DNA from: Simonsiella muelleri ATCC 29453
GTDB taxonomy: Bacteria; Pseudomonadota; Gammaproteobacteria; Burkholderiales; Neisseriaceae
Direction: 5' to 3'
DNA length: 64,000 nt
Assembly (NCBI RefSeq): GCF_002951835.1
Contig: NZ_CP019448.1
Coordinates: 2,401,382 to 2,465,381, forward strand
The notes beneath the pieces were generated by a model. That model saw nothing but the letters and a program-made list of their open reading frames with translations, was not told the origin of the DNA and did no database searches. Positions 9,424 through 19,060 of the stretch are shown in pieces (within the stretch, counting starts at the first letter, position 1; each line of letters starts with the position of its first letter). The position numbers were made by a program, and so were the translations under genes.

Positions 9424-10944
9424 TTATTCTACAGGAATAATGCCAATTTTCGCTTGCCACTGTTTGGGTGCAACCGCATGAACCGATTGACCTTTAGAAT
9501 CTACTGCAACGGTTACGGGCATATCTTTAACTTCGAACTCATAAATCGCTTCCATTCCCAATTCGGGGAACGCCAACACTTTGGCTTCTTTAATCGCTTT
9601 GGCAACGAGATACGCCGCGCCGCCTGTTGCCATCAAATACACCGCACCATTGTCAGCAATGGCTTCGCAGGCAGCCGCGCCACGTTCGGATTTGCCAATC
9701 ATGCCAAGCAACCCTGTTTGTTCCAACATTTGGCGCGTGAATTTGTCCATTCGTGTTGCCGTAGTTGGACCAGCTGGCCCAACAATTTCATCGCGAACAG
9801 GATCCACAGGACCAACGTAATAAATCATTTTATTTGTAAAATCAACAGGTAATTTTTCACCGTTGTTGAGCATATCCACCATGCGTTTGTGTGCTGCATC
9901 GCGACCTGTCAAGATTTTACCGTTAAGCAACAACACATCACCCATTTTCCATTGTTTGACATCTTCTTTGGTCAGATTGTCCAAATCTACGCGAATACCA
10001 TTGTCGGGACTATAAGTAATGTCGGGCCAATCTTCCAAACTGGGTGGATCTAATTTGACCGCGCCTGTCCCATCTAATACAAATTCAACATGGCGAGTGG
10101 CAGCGCAATTTGGAATCATGGCAATGGGTTTTGATGCAGCGTGGGTTGGGTAATCCAAAATTTTCACGTCTAATACAGTCGTCAGACCACCCAAACCTTG
10201 TGCACCAATCCCCAAAGCGTTGACTTTTTCATACAATTCCAAGCGCAATTTTTCTACCGTATTCAATTCCGCGCCCGATGCGGCTTTTTCTTGCAATTTT
10301 TGAATATCAATATGGCTCATTAAACTTTCTTTTGCCATCAATGCTGCTTTTTCGGGTGTACCACCAATACCAATGCCCAAAATGCCTGGTGGACACCAGC
10401 CTGCACCCATGGTTGGTACGGTTTTCAGCACCCAATCTACGATGCTATCAGATGGATTTAACATTGCCATTTTGGATTTGTTTTCTGAACCACCACCTTT
10501 TGCTGCGCAAGTTACTTCCAATTTGTCGCCTGCCACCACTTCCATGTGAACGATGGCTGGCGTGTTATCTTTGGTATTGGTGCGCTTGCCTGCTGGGTCA
10601 GCTAAAACTGATGCGCGTAACACATTATCGGGGTGAGTGTAAGCGCGGCGTACACCTTCATTGACCATGTCTTGTACCGACATTTGCGCGTCCCATTGCA
10701 CATTCATACCAATTTTCAGGAACACGGTGGCGATACCTGTATCTTGGCAAATTGGGCGGTGTCCTTCGGCACACATACGGCTATTGACTAAAATTTGTGT
10801 CATCGCATCTTTGGCGGCTGGATTTTGTTCTTTTTCCAATGCCTTAGTCAGAGCATGAATGTAATCTTTCGGATGATAATAGCTGATGAATTGGAACGCA
10901 TCGGCAATACTTTGGATAAAGTCTTCTTGTTTGATGATGGTCAT
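9424..10944 (-). CDS. fumA: Fumarate hydratase, class I (Fe-S)
   Basis: 506 aa. Full-length similarity to FumA/FumB-type fumarases (N-terminal alpha region plus C-terminal beta region with the GGAAYLVAKAIKE motif). Confidence 0.88.
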   Translation of the reverse strand: MTIIKQEDFIQSIADAFQFISYYHPKDYIHALTKALEKEQNPAAKDAMTQILVNSRMCAEGHRPICQDTGIATVFLKIGMNVQWDAQMSVQDMVNEGVRRAYTHPDNVLRASVLADPAGKRTNTKDNTPAIVHMEVVAGDKLEVTCAAKGGGSENKSKMAMLNPSDSIVDWVLKTVPTMGAGWCPPGILGIGIGGTPEKAALMAKESLMSHIDIQKLQEKAASGAELNTVEKLRLELYEKVNALGIGAQGLGGLTTVLDVKILDYPTHAASKPIAMIPNCAATRHVEFVLDGTGAVKLDPPSLEDWPDITYSPDNGIRVDLDNLTKEDVKQWKMGDVLLLNGKILTGRDAAHKRMVDMLNNGEKLPVDFTNKMIYYVGPVDPVRDEIVGPAGPTTATRMDKFTRQMLEQTGLLGMIGKSERGAAACEAIADNGAVYLMATGGAAYLVAKAIKEAKVLAFPELGMEAIYEFEVKDMPVTVAVDSKGQSVHAVAPKQWQAKIGIIPVE

Positions 10945-10993
10945 GGTTGTGTCCTTTGGGTTAACAGTGTAGAGATTTTATGGTAGTAGAATT

Positions 10994-11161
10994 AGAACCT
11001 GTGTTCACAGCCAAACGTGATGTCTTTTTGCCCCATTTAGCACGTCTGCTGTGTTGAATTTCATGCCAATAGGAAGAACGCTATTGGCGCGAAATTCGCC
11101 TAGCATTCGCCCCAACTGGGACAAAAATCCATTTCACGTTGGCTATGAATACAGGTTCTTA
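10994..11161. mobile_element. MITE copy B (about 168 bp), in the same orientation as copy A. Copies A and B bracket the fumarase gene.
   Basis: TAGAACCTGTGTTCACAGCCAAACGTGATG ... CGTTGGCTATGAATACAGGTTCTTA. Confidence 0.75.
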
Positions 11162-11233
11162 GAATTTTATCGCATATCAGATTGCCTGCGAAACAGTTAT
11201 TCCATTTTATGAAAACATTCGTGATTACTTGAA

Positions 11234-11806
11234 TCATGCCAATTGAATTGCGTTAACATTCCAATCTATTGGTAAATGATGTTCTTGCAATTTTTGCCAA
11301 TCAAAAAAATGTCCGGGGTCGGTTTTGCGATGTGGCGCGATGTGCTGGTGTCCTGTAATCGCATTAATTGGATAATGTTGACATAATTCGTCCAGTAACA
11401 CCAACAGCGCATCATATTGTGCTGATTCAAACGGTTCAAAATCACAGCCTTCTAATTCAATACCAATGGCATAATGATTACATTTTTCGCGCCCATGAAA
11501 TTGCGATACGCCAGCATGGTAAGCCATATCATCACACGAAACATATTGTTGAATTTCGCCCGTGCGCCGAATAAAAAAATGCGATGACACCCGAAAATCC
11601 ACCAATTGTGTGAAAAACGGATTGGCATTTGCATCAATGGTATTGGTAAACAAACACTCCACTGCGTCCGAACCGTATTCAAATGGTGCAAGTGAAATAT
11701 TATGCAATACAATCAAAGAAATATCATTTTTATTTAGGCGGGATTCATAATTGGGGGAATATTTTTGCGTGGCATGTTGCCAGCGACCGTGTAACCAAGT
11801 ATTCAT
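11234..11806 (-). CDS. ampD: 1,6-anhydro-N-acetylmuramyl-L-alanine amidase
   Basis: AmpD signature (AYHAGVSQFHGR ... NHYAIGIELEG ... ITGHQHIAPHRKTDPG). Confidence 0.85.
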   Translation of the reverse strand: MNTWLHGRWQHATQKYSPNYESRLNKNDISLIVLHNISLAPFEYGSDAVECLFTNTIDANANPFFTQLVDFRVSSHFFIRRTGEIQQYVSCDDMAYHAGVSQFHGREKCNHYAIGIELEGCDFEPFESAQYDALLVLLDELCQHYPINAITGHQHIAPHRKTDPGHFFDWQKLQEHHLPIDWNVNAIQLA

Positions 11807-11963
11807 TTAGATAACCTTAAAAAATTGTTTTCAGGCAGCATTTTTATTGCTCAAAGCATTTAAATTTAGCAAAAAAATAGTCAAAAACCCAACATAATAA
11901 TTAGTTAATTTAAAAAAATCTTTTCTATCAAAGCCATAATCATTACAATAAAAACATGATTAA

Positions 11964-12656
11964 GTGAGTAACCATTTTTTTATGCAAAAATTAATAAAAC
12001 GTGTGTTGAAATTATTTGGATTGATGCTGTTGAGTGGTGGTTTGTTGGTGGTGTTTTGTGCGTGGCAAGTTTATGATTATGCACAACATGAAAAGCCGTT
12101 ACCTCAAAAAGCCGATGCAGTGGTGGTGTTAGGAGCTGCGGCTTGGGGCAACAATCCGTCCCCTGTTTTGCGTGAACGGATTAATTATGGCATTAAATTG
12201 TATCAACAACATACCGTACAAAAAATGATTTTCACAGGTGGTACGCCTAAGTTTGGCTACCCCACTGAAGCGGAAGTGGCGCAACGTTACGCCATGCAAA
12301 AATTCAACGTGCCGCAACGCGACATTATATTAGATACCGAATCGAGCAGCACCTACGAAAACCTAACCAACACCCGCACTTTAATGCACAACCATCATCT
12401 AGACAGCGTGATTATTGTGAGTGACCCAGACCATTTGGCGCGTGCAGCGGCGATGGCGCGAGCGTTGGGCATCACAGCGAATGTGTCGGCCACGCCCAGC
12501 AGCTTATATTATGGACAACGTAAAGCACGTTTGAAATTTATGTTGCAAGAAACTTTGTCATTGACTTATTTTTATTTGGAAAATGGTTTGATGGCATCGG
12601 CAAAAATATTGTTGTCAGCGACAGTAATGCGTGACAACAATATTCAGGCAGCCTGA
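11964..12656 (+). CDS. YdcF/ElyC (DUF218) family protein
   Basis: N-terminal transmembrane helix followed by a DUF218 core (VVVLGAAAWGNNPSPVLRERI ... IFTGG). Confidence 0.7.
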   Translation: MSNHFFMQKLIKRVLKLFGLMLLSGGLLVVFCAWQVYDYAQHEKPLPQKADAVVVLGAAAWGNNPSPVLRERINYGIKLYQQHTVQKMIFTGGTPKFGYPTEAEVAQRYAMQKFNVPQRDIILDTESSSTYENLTNTRTLMHNHHLDSVIIVSDPDHLARAAAMARALGITANVSATPSSLYYGQRKARLKFMLQETLSLTYFYLENGLMASAKILLSATVMRDNNIQAA

Positions 12657-13054
12657 AATGATGATTTTATGAATTGCATTCGCTGGACGCGCAGTCCTTC
12701 AGGCAGCCTGAAAACCGATGAATTTGCCCCAAAATGTCATTCTTCCTAAAAAAGTCAAATCGTATGCCAAAATTGTCAGTTAAACTGTTGTAAAAAAAAT
12801 ACGGAATCAACCCAATTAGTCTGAATATGACAAAATACGGCGAATTTTCCCCCATTTTCAGGCAGCCTGAAAAATTTTGGTAAATTGAGTTAAAAATAAT
12901 TTTAATAAAATCAATTTAATAAAATCTCATCGTGTACTTGGTTGCGAAATAGGCACAAACTCTGCTACATAACCAGCAAGTAAGCAGCAAACGTTGCTTA
13001 ATTGGTAACACAAATTTCTTTTTAAACAAACTTTCCCTATCTTGGAGATAAAAC

Positions 13055-13576
13055 ATGAAAACTATGCAAAAAGGTTTCACATTAATCGAGTTGATGATTG
13101 TAATCGCTATTATCGGTATTTTGGCTGCTATCGCATTGCCTGCTTACCAAGACTACACTGTTCGCTCAAAAATTTCTGAGGCTTTGATTGCTTCTTCTTC
13201 TGCTAAAGGCATGGTATCTGAAGCATTCCAATCTGATAGTTTGTCTGGTGTAGCAACTGCTGCTACTGCTTATAATGCCAAACCTAAGTCTGAAAAATCT
13301 TCTAAATATGTTGATGATATCGTGGTTAATGCAGCTGATGGTGCAATCACTGTAACGTTGTCTAAAGCTAGCAACGTAGGTTTCCCAGCTGAAGTTAAAG
13401 GTAAAACTATTGTCTTCACTCCATATGTGAAAAAAGCTAAGTTGGCTGAAGGTGCGCAAGGTGCGATTGACTGGGCTTGTGCTTCTAATGCAAACGGTAC
13501 TGCAACTGCTCGTGGTTTAACATCACCAACTGCTGGTACTTTGCCATCTAAATACGCTCCTTCTGAGTGTCGTTAA
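13055..13576 (+). CDS. pilA1: Type IVa major pilin (prepilin)
   Basis: Class III leader MKTMQKG|[27 protein letters not shown] and a C-terminal disulfide loop (C...C). 173 aa. Confidence 0.9.
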   Translation: MKTMQKGFTLIELMIVIAIIGILAAIALPAYQDYTVRSKISEALIASSSAKGMVSEAFQSDSLSGVATAATAYNAKPKSEKSSKYVDDIVVNAADGAITVTLSKASNVGFPAEVKGKTIVFTPYVKKAKLAEGAQGAIDWACASNANGTATARGLTSPTAGTLPSKYAPSECR

Positions 13577-13684
13577 TTTTTAAGTGATAAGTTTTATTGC
13601 TGAATAAATAGAAAATTTGGGCATGATTGCTCAATGAGAAGCAGAATTCTAAGGATTCTGCTTTTCGTCATACAAAATAATAAA

Positions 13685-13824
13685 TAAGAACCTGTTTTCA
13701 TCATCTTAATAGCTTGCTTTTATCGCCACTTCATGCGCCTACTGCATTGGCTTGAAAAGTTGCCTAGTATTCGCAAAAATTGTTAATAAAATCAAGTTAT
13801 CAATCTTACGAACACAGGTTCTAA
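13685..13824. mobile_element. MITE copy E. It has the same TAAGAACCTGT / ACAGGTTCTA terminal repeats but a different core (a second subfamily). It lies between pilA1 and pilA2 and ends 11 bp upstream of the pilA2 ribosome-binding site.
   Basis: TAAGAACCTGTTTTCATCATCTTAATAGCTTGC ... TTACGAACACAGGTTCTAAAGGAAATCTAGATG. Confidence 0.7.
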
Positions 13825-13835
13825 AGGAAATCTAG

Positions 13836-14357
13836 ATGAAAAACAATATGCAAAAGGGCTTCACTCTCATTGAATTGATGATTGTGATTGCTATTATTGG
13901 GATTTTGGCGGCAATTGCATTGCCAGCATATCAAGATTATACTGTTCGCGCGAAGATATCTGAAGCGTTGTTGGCGGTATCATCTGTCAAAACTTTTATT
14001 GCAGAAGCCTTTGAAACCGATGGGTACACAGGTGTAACCAGTGCTGCCGCCGCGTATAATAAGTCTAAACCCAAATCCGAAAAAATTAGTAAATATGTTG
14101 AAGACATTCAAATTGATGAAATAACAGGTGCAATTTCTGTTTACATCAAGAATGATAAAAGTTTGCCTAAAGAAGCACAAAATGCAACCCTTGTTTTGAC
14201 TCCACACGTGTTGGGTAACGCCTTATCTGAAAAAGTGCATGGCGCGATCGATTGGGCTTGTAGCAGCACAGGTACGGGTACAGCAAACGCTCGTTTGTTG
14301 AGAGCCGCTCAACCAGGTACATTACCTGCTAAATACGCACCGTCTGAATGTCGCTAA
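13836..14357 (+). CDS. pilA2: Type IVa pilin, second tandem copy
   Basis: It shares the N-terminal 40 aa with pilA1. The variable domain differs. The C-terminus (AKYAPSECR) is conserved. 173 aa. Confidence 0.88.
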   Translation: MKNNMQKGFTLIELMIVIAIIGILAAIALPAYQDYTVRAKISEALLAVSSVKTFIAEAFETDGYTGVTSAAAAYNKSKPKSEKISKYVEDIQIDEITGAISVYIKNDKSLPKEAQNATLVLTPHVLGNALSEKVHGAIDWACSSTGTGTANARLLRAAQPGTLPAKYAPSECR

Positions 14358-14374
14358 TAAATTGAATTCACGCA

Positions 14375-14418
14375 AAAAGGCAGCCTGAAAACCATTGTTC
14401 GGTTTTCAGGCTGCCTTG
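14375..14418. terminator. Inverted DUS pair downstream of pilA2, facing the convergent edd gene
   Basis: AGGCAGCCTGAAAACCATTGTTCGGTTTTCAGGCTGCCTTGC. Confidence 0.55.
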
Positions 14419-14429
14419 CAATTGTTGAA

Positions 14430-16262
14430 TTATGCGAAATCACCACCAAAACTCATCGCGCCCGTTTCCGCGCTGCTGGTTTGGCTGCGGAATCCTGCAA
14501 ATAATTCACGTCCGATACCGTGTGTGTTTTTGGACAAATCAGGCATCGGCGCAACACGCGCATCAAATTCTTTCGCATCAACCAATACATTTAATTCGCC
14601 TGTATGCGCGTTAAATTGAATTAAATCACCTGTTTTGATTTTGCCAATACCACCACCCATCAATGCTTCAGGCGACATATGAATCGCAGCAGGTACTTTG
14701 CCAGATGCGCCCGACATCCGTCCATCGGTAACCAATGCCACTTTTTGTCCGCGGTCTTGCAAAATTGCCAAAGGCGGTGTGAGCTTGTGTAATTCAGGCA
14801 TACCATTGGCGCGCGCACCTTGGTAACGAACCACACACACGAAATCTTTGCCGTCCAATTCGCCACGTTCAAATGCAGCCAATACATCGCGTTGGTCATC
14901 AAACACAATGGCCGGGGCTTCAATGACAAAGGTATTGGGTTTCATGGCAGATACTTTAATCACGCCGCGTCCGATGTTGCCTTTCATTAATTTTAAGCCA
15001 CCGTCTGGAGAGAATGGGTTATCGTAAGTGCGTAAAATATCTTCGTTTAAACTTTTTTTAGTGGCATCTTTCCAAACTAATTTGCCGTTGTCCAAGAATG
15101 GTTCTTGCGTATAAGCCGCCATGCCGTGTCCAACTACGGTGTCTACATCATCATGCAATAAACCGTTTTCACGCAATTCACGAATCACAAACGGCAAACC
15201 ACCAGCCGCTGCAAAATGGTTTACATCGGCTTGTCCATTTGGATACACGCGAATCAGCAGTGGAATAATGGAAGAAATTTCATCAAAATCGTCCCAATTT
15301 AAAATCACGCCAGCCGCGCGCGCCATGGCGACTAAGTGCATGGTGTGGTTGGTTGAACCACCTGTCGCCATTAAACCAATAATCGCATTGATGAATGATT
15401 TTTCCGATAACATTTCGCCAATCGGTTTCAGGCTGCCTGAACGCAGATTTTGTGCCATGTGTGCGGCTGCATGGCGTGTTAAGGCTTCGCGCATGGGTGT
15501 GTAAGGATTGAAAAACGCAGCAGCTGGCAAATGCACGCCCATAAATTCCATCATCATTTGGTTGGAGTTTGCTGTGCCATAAAATGTGCAAGTACCAGGG
15601 CTGTGATATGACCCCATTTCGCTTGCTAACAGGGCTTCGCGACCAACTTTACCTTCGGCAAATAATTGGCGGGTACGTGCTTTTTCTTTGTTGCCAATGC
15701 CACTTTGCATTGGACCAGCTGGCACAAACAGTGCAGGAATATGACCACACGACAACGCACCAATCATCAAACCAGGAACAATTTTATCGCACACGCCAAA
15801 AAACAACGCGCCATCAAACATTTGATGCGACAAACCCACTGCTGTACTCATCGCAATCACATCACGCGAAAACAACGACAATTCCATGCCTTCATAGCCT
15901 TGTGTGATGCCATCGCACATGGCTGGTGTGCCACCTGCCACTTGGGCGGTTGCACCGAATTTTTGCGCTTCGTCTTTAATCCAATCGGGGAAATCTTTGA
16001 AAGGTTGATGCGCAGACACCATGTCATTGTATGCGCTAATCATGCCAATATTTGGCACATCTGATTTTTGCATTTCAATTTTGATGGTTTTGGGCATAGA
16101 CGCATAGCCGTGCGCCAAATTAGAACAGCCGAGTTGGTCGCGTTCCACTTTGCCTTGTTGTTTTAAGGCGCGGATTCGGTTGAGATACACTTCACGCGTG
16201 GGGCGCGAACGTTCAATAATGCGGTCGGTGATTTCTTTTAATTTTGGGTGTAGTGGTTTCAT
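14430..16262 (-). CDS. edd: Phosphogluconate dehydratase
   Basis: 610 aa. It matches Edd specifically rather than IlvD (..LGCSNLAHG ..[16 protein letters not shown].. [18 protein letters not shown]). Confidence 0.88.
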   Translation of the reverse strand: MKPLHPKLKEITDRIIERSRPTREVYLNRIRALKQQGKVERDQLGCSNLAHGYASMPKTIKIEMQKSDVPNIGMISAYNDMVSAHQPFKDFPDWIKDEAQKFGATAQVAGGTPAMCDGITQGYEGMELSLFSRDVIAMSTAVGLSHQMFDGALFFGVCDKIVPGLMIGALSCGHIPALFVPAGPMQSGIGNKEKARTRQLFAEGKVGREALLASEMGSYHSPGTCTFYGTANSNQMMMEFMGVHLPAAAFFNPYTPMREALTRHAAAHMAQNLRSGSLKPIGEMLSEKSFINAIIGLMATGGSTNHTMHLVAMARAAGVILNWDDFDEISSIIPLLIRVYPNGQADVNHFAAAGGLPFVIRELRENGLLHDDVDTVVGHGMAAYTQEPFLDNGKLVWKDATKKSLNEDILRTYDNPFSPDGGLKLMKGNIGRGVIKVSAMKPNTFVIEAPAIVFDDQRDVLAAFERGELDGKDFVCVVRYQGARANGMPELHKLTPPLAILQDRGQKVALVTDGRMSGASGKVPAAIHMSPEALMGGGIGKIKTGDLIQFNAHTGELNVLVDAKEFDARVAPMPDLSKNTHGIGRELFAGFRSQTSSAETGAMSFGGDFA

Positions 16263-16271
16263 GTCGCTTCC

Positions 16272-17128
16272 TAGGGGCTAATGACAATTCAAAAAAAGAG
16301 GCAAAGGATTTAAGATATTGTTTCCACGCAACCATCCCAAACCTTTGCCATGTCCCGAAACACGCTTACAAATGAAACATGGTCAAGACTGTTGCCTATT
16401 TTGAAACAGCTTGGCATTTATCGCAAGAAAAATTTACGCAAAACAGTAGAAGGTATCCTATTTCGCTTACGTACAGGCTGCCAATGGGCTGATATACCTA
16501 GTTATTTTGGTAAAGCAAACAGCCTTTACCAAAGTTTCAATCGCTGGTCTAAACGCGGTATTTTTACCCGATTATTCAAACATTTGGTAGATACACCCGA
16601 TATGGAATGGGTCTTTATGGACGGTAGCCATATCCGCGTTCATCAACACGGTATGGGTAAACAATCCATTACGCATCAAGCTGTTGGTAAGAGTATCGGT
16701 GGTCATACGTCTAAAATTCATTTAGCGGTTGATGCTTGTGGTAATCCAATTGAATTTATCATTACAGCTGGTAATGTAAATGATATTGTTGTTGCGCCTG
16801 ATTTATTGGCACAATTGGATTTAAGTGATAATGAAACCGTGTGTGCTGATAGGGGTTTTGACAGTGATACTTTTCGTCGGTTAATTCAGTCTAAACAAAG
16901 TAAAGCCAATATTCCATATAAGAAAAATAGAGAACATCTTAATGTGGGCACAGATTGGTATTTATATAAAATCAGGCACTTGGTAGAAAACGCTTTTGCG
17001 CGATTAAAGCATTTTCGTGCGCTGGCAACACGGTACGATAAATTAAAACGTAATTATGAAAGTACTGTATCATTAGCTTGTGCTTTGATTTGGTTGAAAT
17101 TATAGCTAAAATGTCATTAGCCCCTAAT
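16272..17128. mobile_element. IS5-family insertion sequence (about 857 bp) with roughly 14 bp terminal inverted repeats GGGGCTAATGACA(A/T)TT
   Basis: The left end is GGGGCTAATGACAATT and the right end is AAATGTCATTAGCCCC. The flanks are TAG / TAA, consistent with a TNA target duplication. Confidence 0.75.
16350..17105 (+). CDS. IS5-family (IS427/IS1031-like) DDE transposase
   Basis: 251 aa. N-terminal motif LLPILK..G.KKN.R....GI.FRLRTGCQWADIP and a DDE core. Confidence 0.85.
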   Translation: MSRNTLTNETWSRLLPILKQLGIYRKKNLRKTVEGILFRLRTGCQWADIPSYFGKANSLYQSFNRWSKRGIFTRLFKHLVDTPDMEWVFMDGSHIRVHQHGMGKQSITHQAVGKSIGGHTSKIHLAVDACGNPIEFIITAGNVNDIVVAPDLLAQLDLSDNETVCADRGFDSDTFRRLIQSKQSKANIPYKKNREHLNVGTDWYLYKIRHLVENAFARLKHFRALATRYDKLKRNYESTVSLACALIWLKL

Positions 17129-17316
17129 AAATAAAACAAAATAAGCTAATCGGTGCATATGTAATTTTACAACATTATACAATGATTTTAGCTTTTAAAT
17201 CGCAAAATTAATGCAGTTTTACAGATTTTCTGTAATATTGTTACTAAATGAGTCTTTTAAGGCAGCCTGAACAATCAAATTCTATTCGTACATGAGGGAG
17301 CGGATAATAGTATTTT

Positions 17317-17367
17317 TAGAACTTGTGTTCATAATCTTAATCGCTTGACTTCTAGAACACAGGTTAT
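17317..17367. mobile_element. MITE copy F. This is an internally deleted 51 bp copy of the E subfamily, and it overlaps the 3' end of ribF.
   Basis: TAGAACTTGTGTTCATAATCTTAATCGCTTGACTTCTAGAACACAGGTTAT. Confidence 0.55.
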
Positions 17368-17372
17368 TAATT

Positions 17373-18296
17373 TTAAAAGACTATATTTGCCAACCATGTT
17401 TGTGCATCGAGCATGTCTTGTTGAATTTGTTGTTGCAGAGTGGTTAAATCTGCGAATTTTTCTTCATCACGCAATTTATGTAGGAATTGCACGTCAATTC
17501 GTTCGCCGTATAAATTTCCAGAATAATCAAATAAATGAACTTCTAGTTTAGGAGTCAATGTATTGGACACAGTTGGATTCACACCAAAACTCGCCACGCC
17601 ATGGTATTTGCCAAACGCAGTCAATACGCGCACCACAAACACGCCACGTAACGCGTAGGAATGTTTCGGTAAATGCACGTTGGCGGTGGGACAACCGATG
17701 GTTCGCCCCAATTTGGCACCGTGTTTCACATGACCACTTAAGGTGTAGGCGTGTCCTAAAATTTGCGTGGCGGTGCGCAAATCGCCTGCCGCAAGAGCTT
17801 GGCGTACGGCGGTGCTGCTGGCACGGCAGCCTGAAACCAAAACGCTGGGCGTATTCTGTGTTTCAAATTGTGAATACGATTGCAACAATTCAAAATCGCC
17901 ACCGCGTGCCTTGCCAAAACGAAAATCATCACCGACCAATAAATAACGCGTATTTAAATGACCCAACAAAATGTGTTGAATAAAATCGTGAGCAGTTTTA
18001 TTGGCAAAATTTGGAGTAAATCTTTGTACCCAAACAGTTTTCAGGCAGCCTGATTGCTGTAGCAATTGAATTTTGTCGCGTAAAGGCGTGAGCCGATAGG
18101 GCGGAGATTGTTGGGCGAAAAATTCTGTGGGTTGCGGTTCAAAGATGATGGCGGTGGTGGCGAGTTGGCGTTGTTCGGCTTGTTGCTTAAGAGTTTGTAA
18201 AATATGGAGATGACCTGTGTGTACGCCGTCAAAATTGCCAATCGTTACTGCGCTGCCTTGTGGTACAAATGGGTGTGTTCCGAAAATAATATTCAT
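17373..18296 (-). CDS. ribF: Bifunctional riboflavin kinase / FAD synthetase
   Basis: N-terminal motif VTIGNFDGVHTGH, 307 aa. The coding sequence contains DUS copies. Confidence 0.9.
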   Translation of the reverse strand: MNIIFGTHPFVPQGSAVTIGNFDGVHTGHLHILQTLKQQAEQRQLATTAIIFEPQPTEFFAQQSPPYRLTPLRDKIQLLQQSGCLKTVWVQRFTPNFANKTAHDFIQHILLGHLNTRYLLVGDDFRFGKARGGDFELLQSYSQFETQNTPSVLVSGCRASSTAVRQALAAGDLRTATQILGHAYTLSGHVKHGAKLGRTIGCPTANVHLPKHSYALRGVFVVRVLTAFGKYHGVASFGVNPTVSNTLTPKLEVHLFDYSGNLYGERIDVQFLHKLRDEEKFADLTTLQQQIQQDMLDAQTWLANIVF

Positions 18297-18452
18297 GATT
18301 TTGGTATGATTTTTTTTAATGAAATCGTATTTTAATAATTTTTCAGGCAGGCTTATAGTGCGTAATGAAAAATATTTGGGAGTAAAAACCGATATAATGG
18401 TGTTTTCTTAATTTTTCAGGCAGCCTGAAAAAGTATTTGGAGATTTTTTATA

Positions 18453-18809
18453 ATGAAATACAAAATGTTATTTTTATCCGCATGGCTTTTAACTGCTCAC
18501 ACCGCGATGGCGCAACCACATTTGCCTGCCGAAATGTATCAATCTTCACGCGGTGCAATCGTGAAAATCAAAGACCGTGGTGATGGCGAATGGTATGTCA
18601 AATCGGTGGTGCGTGGCAGCAATGTGTATCGGTTATCGCAATATATTGAATCAAAAGCCAGAACTCATGGTTATCATTTGATTGGTAAAGATATTCGTAC
18701 CAATAAAGCAGATTTGTCTTTTGAAAATAATCGGTATCGTTTGAATGCGTCTATAGATTTAAATTCAGATAATACAATGGATTATGAAATTGAACGTGAA
18801 TTAAATTGA
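18453..18809 (+). CDS. Hypothetical secreted protein
   Basis: Signal peptide ..AHTAMA|QP. No recognisable domain. Confidence 0.4.
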   Translation: MKYKMLFLSAWLLTAHTAMAQPHLPAEMYQSSRGAIVKIKDRGDGEWYVKSVVRGSNVYRLSQYIESKARTHGYHLIGKDIRTNKADLSFENNRYRLNASIDLNSDNTMDYEIERELN

Positions 18810-18871
18810 TACGCAGCCTAAAATAAAATTTGACATCAATTTTATTTTGCAGTATAGTTCAATTCTTCAGA

Positions 18872-18948
<77 letters not shown>

Positions 18949-19060
18949 AATTCAACCACTTTGTTATTTTAACAAAGTGGTTTTTTGTTTCATTTTCAAC
19001 AAAATTATTTTCTCATCGGTTATAATAGTTATATCTTTCAATTTCCATAATGAACCGATT

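Noticed and set aside
12960-13054. A possible sigma-54 (-24/-12) promoter upstream of pilA1, as reported for some pilin genes
   Set aside because: I could not find a convincing TGGCAC-N5-TTGC element. Only weak partial matches (…AAGCAGCAAACGTTGCT…) are present. I leave it unassigned.
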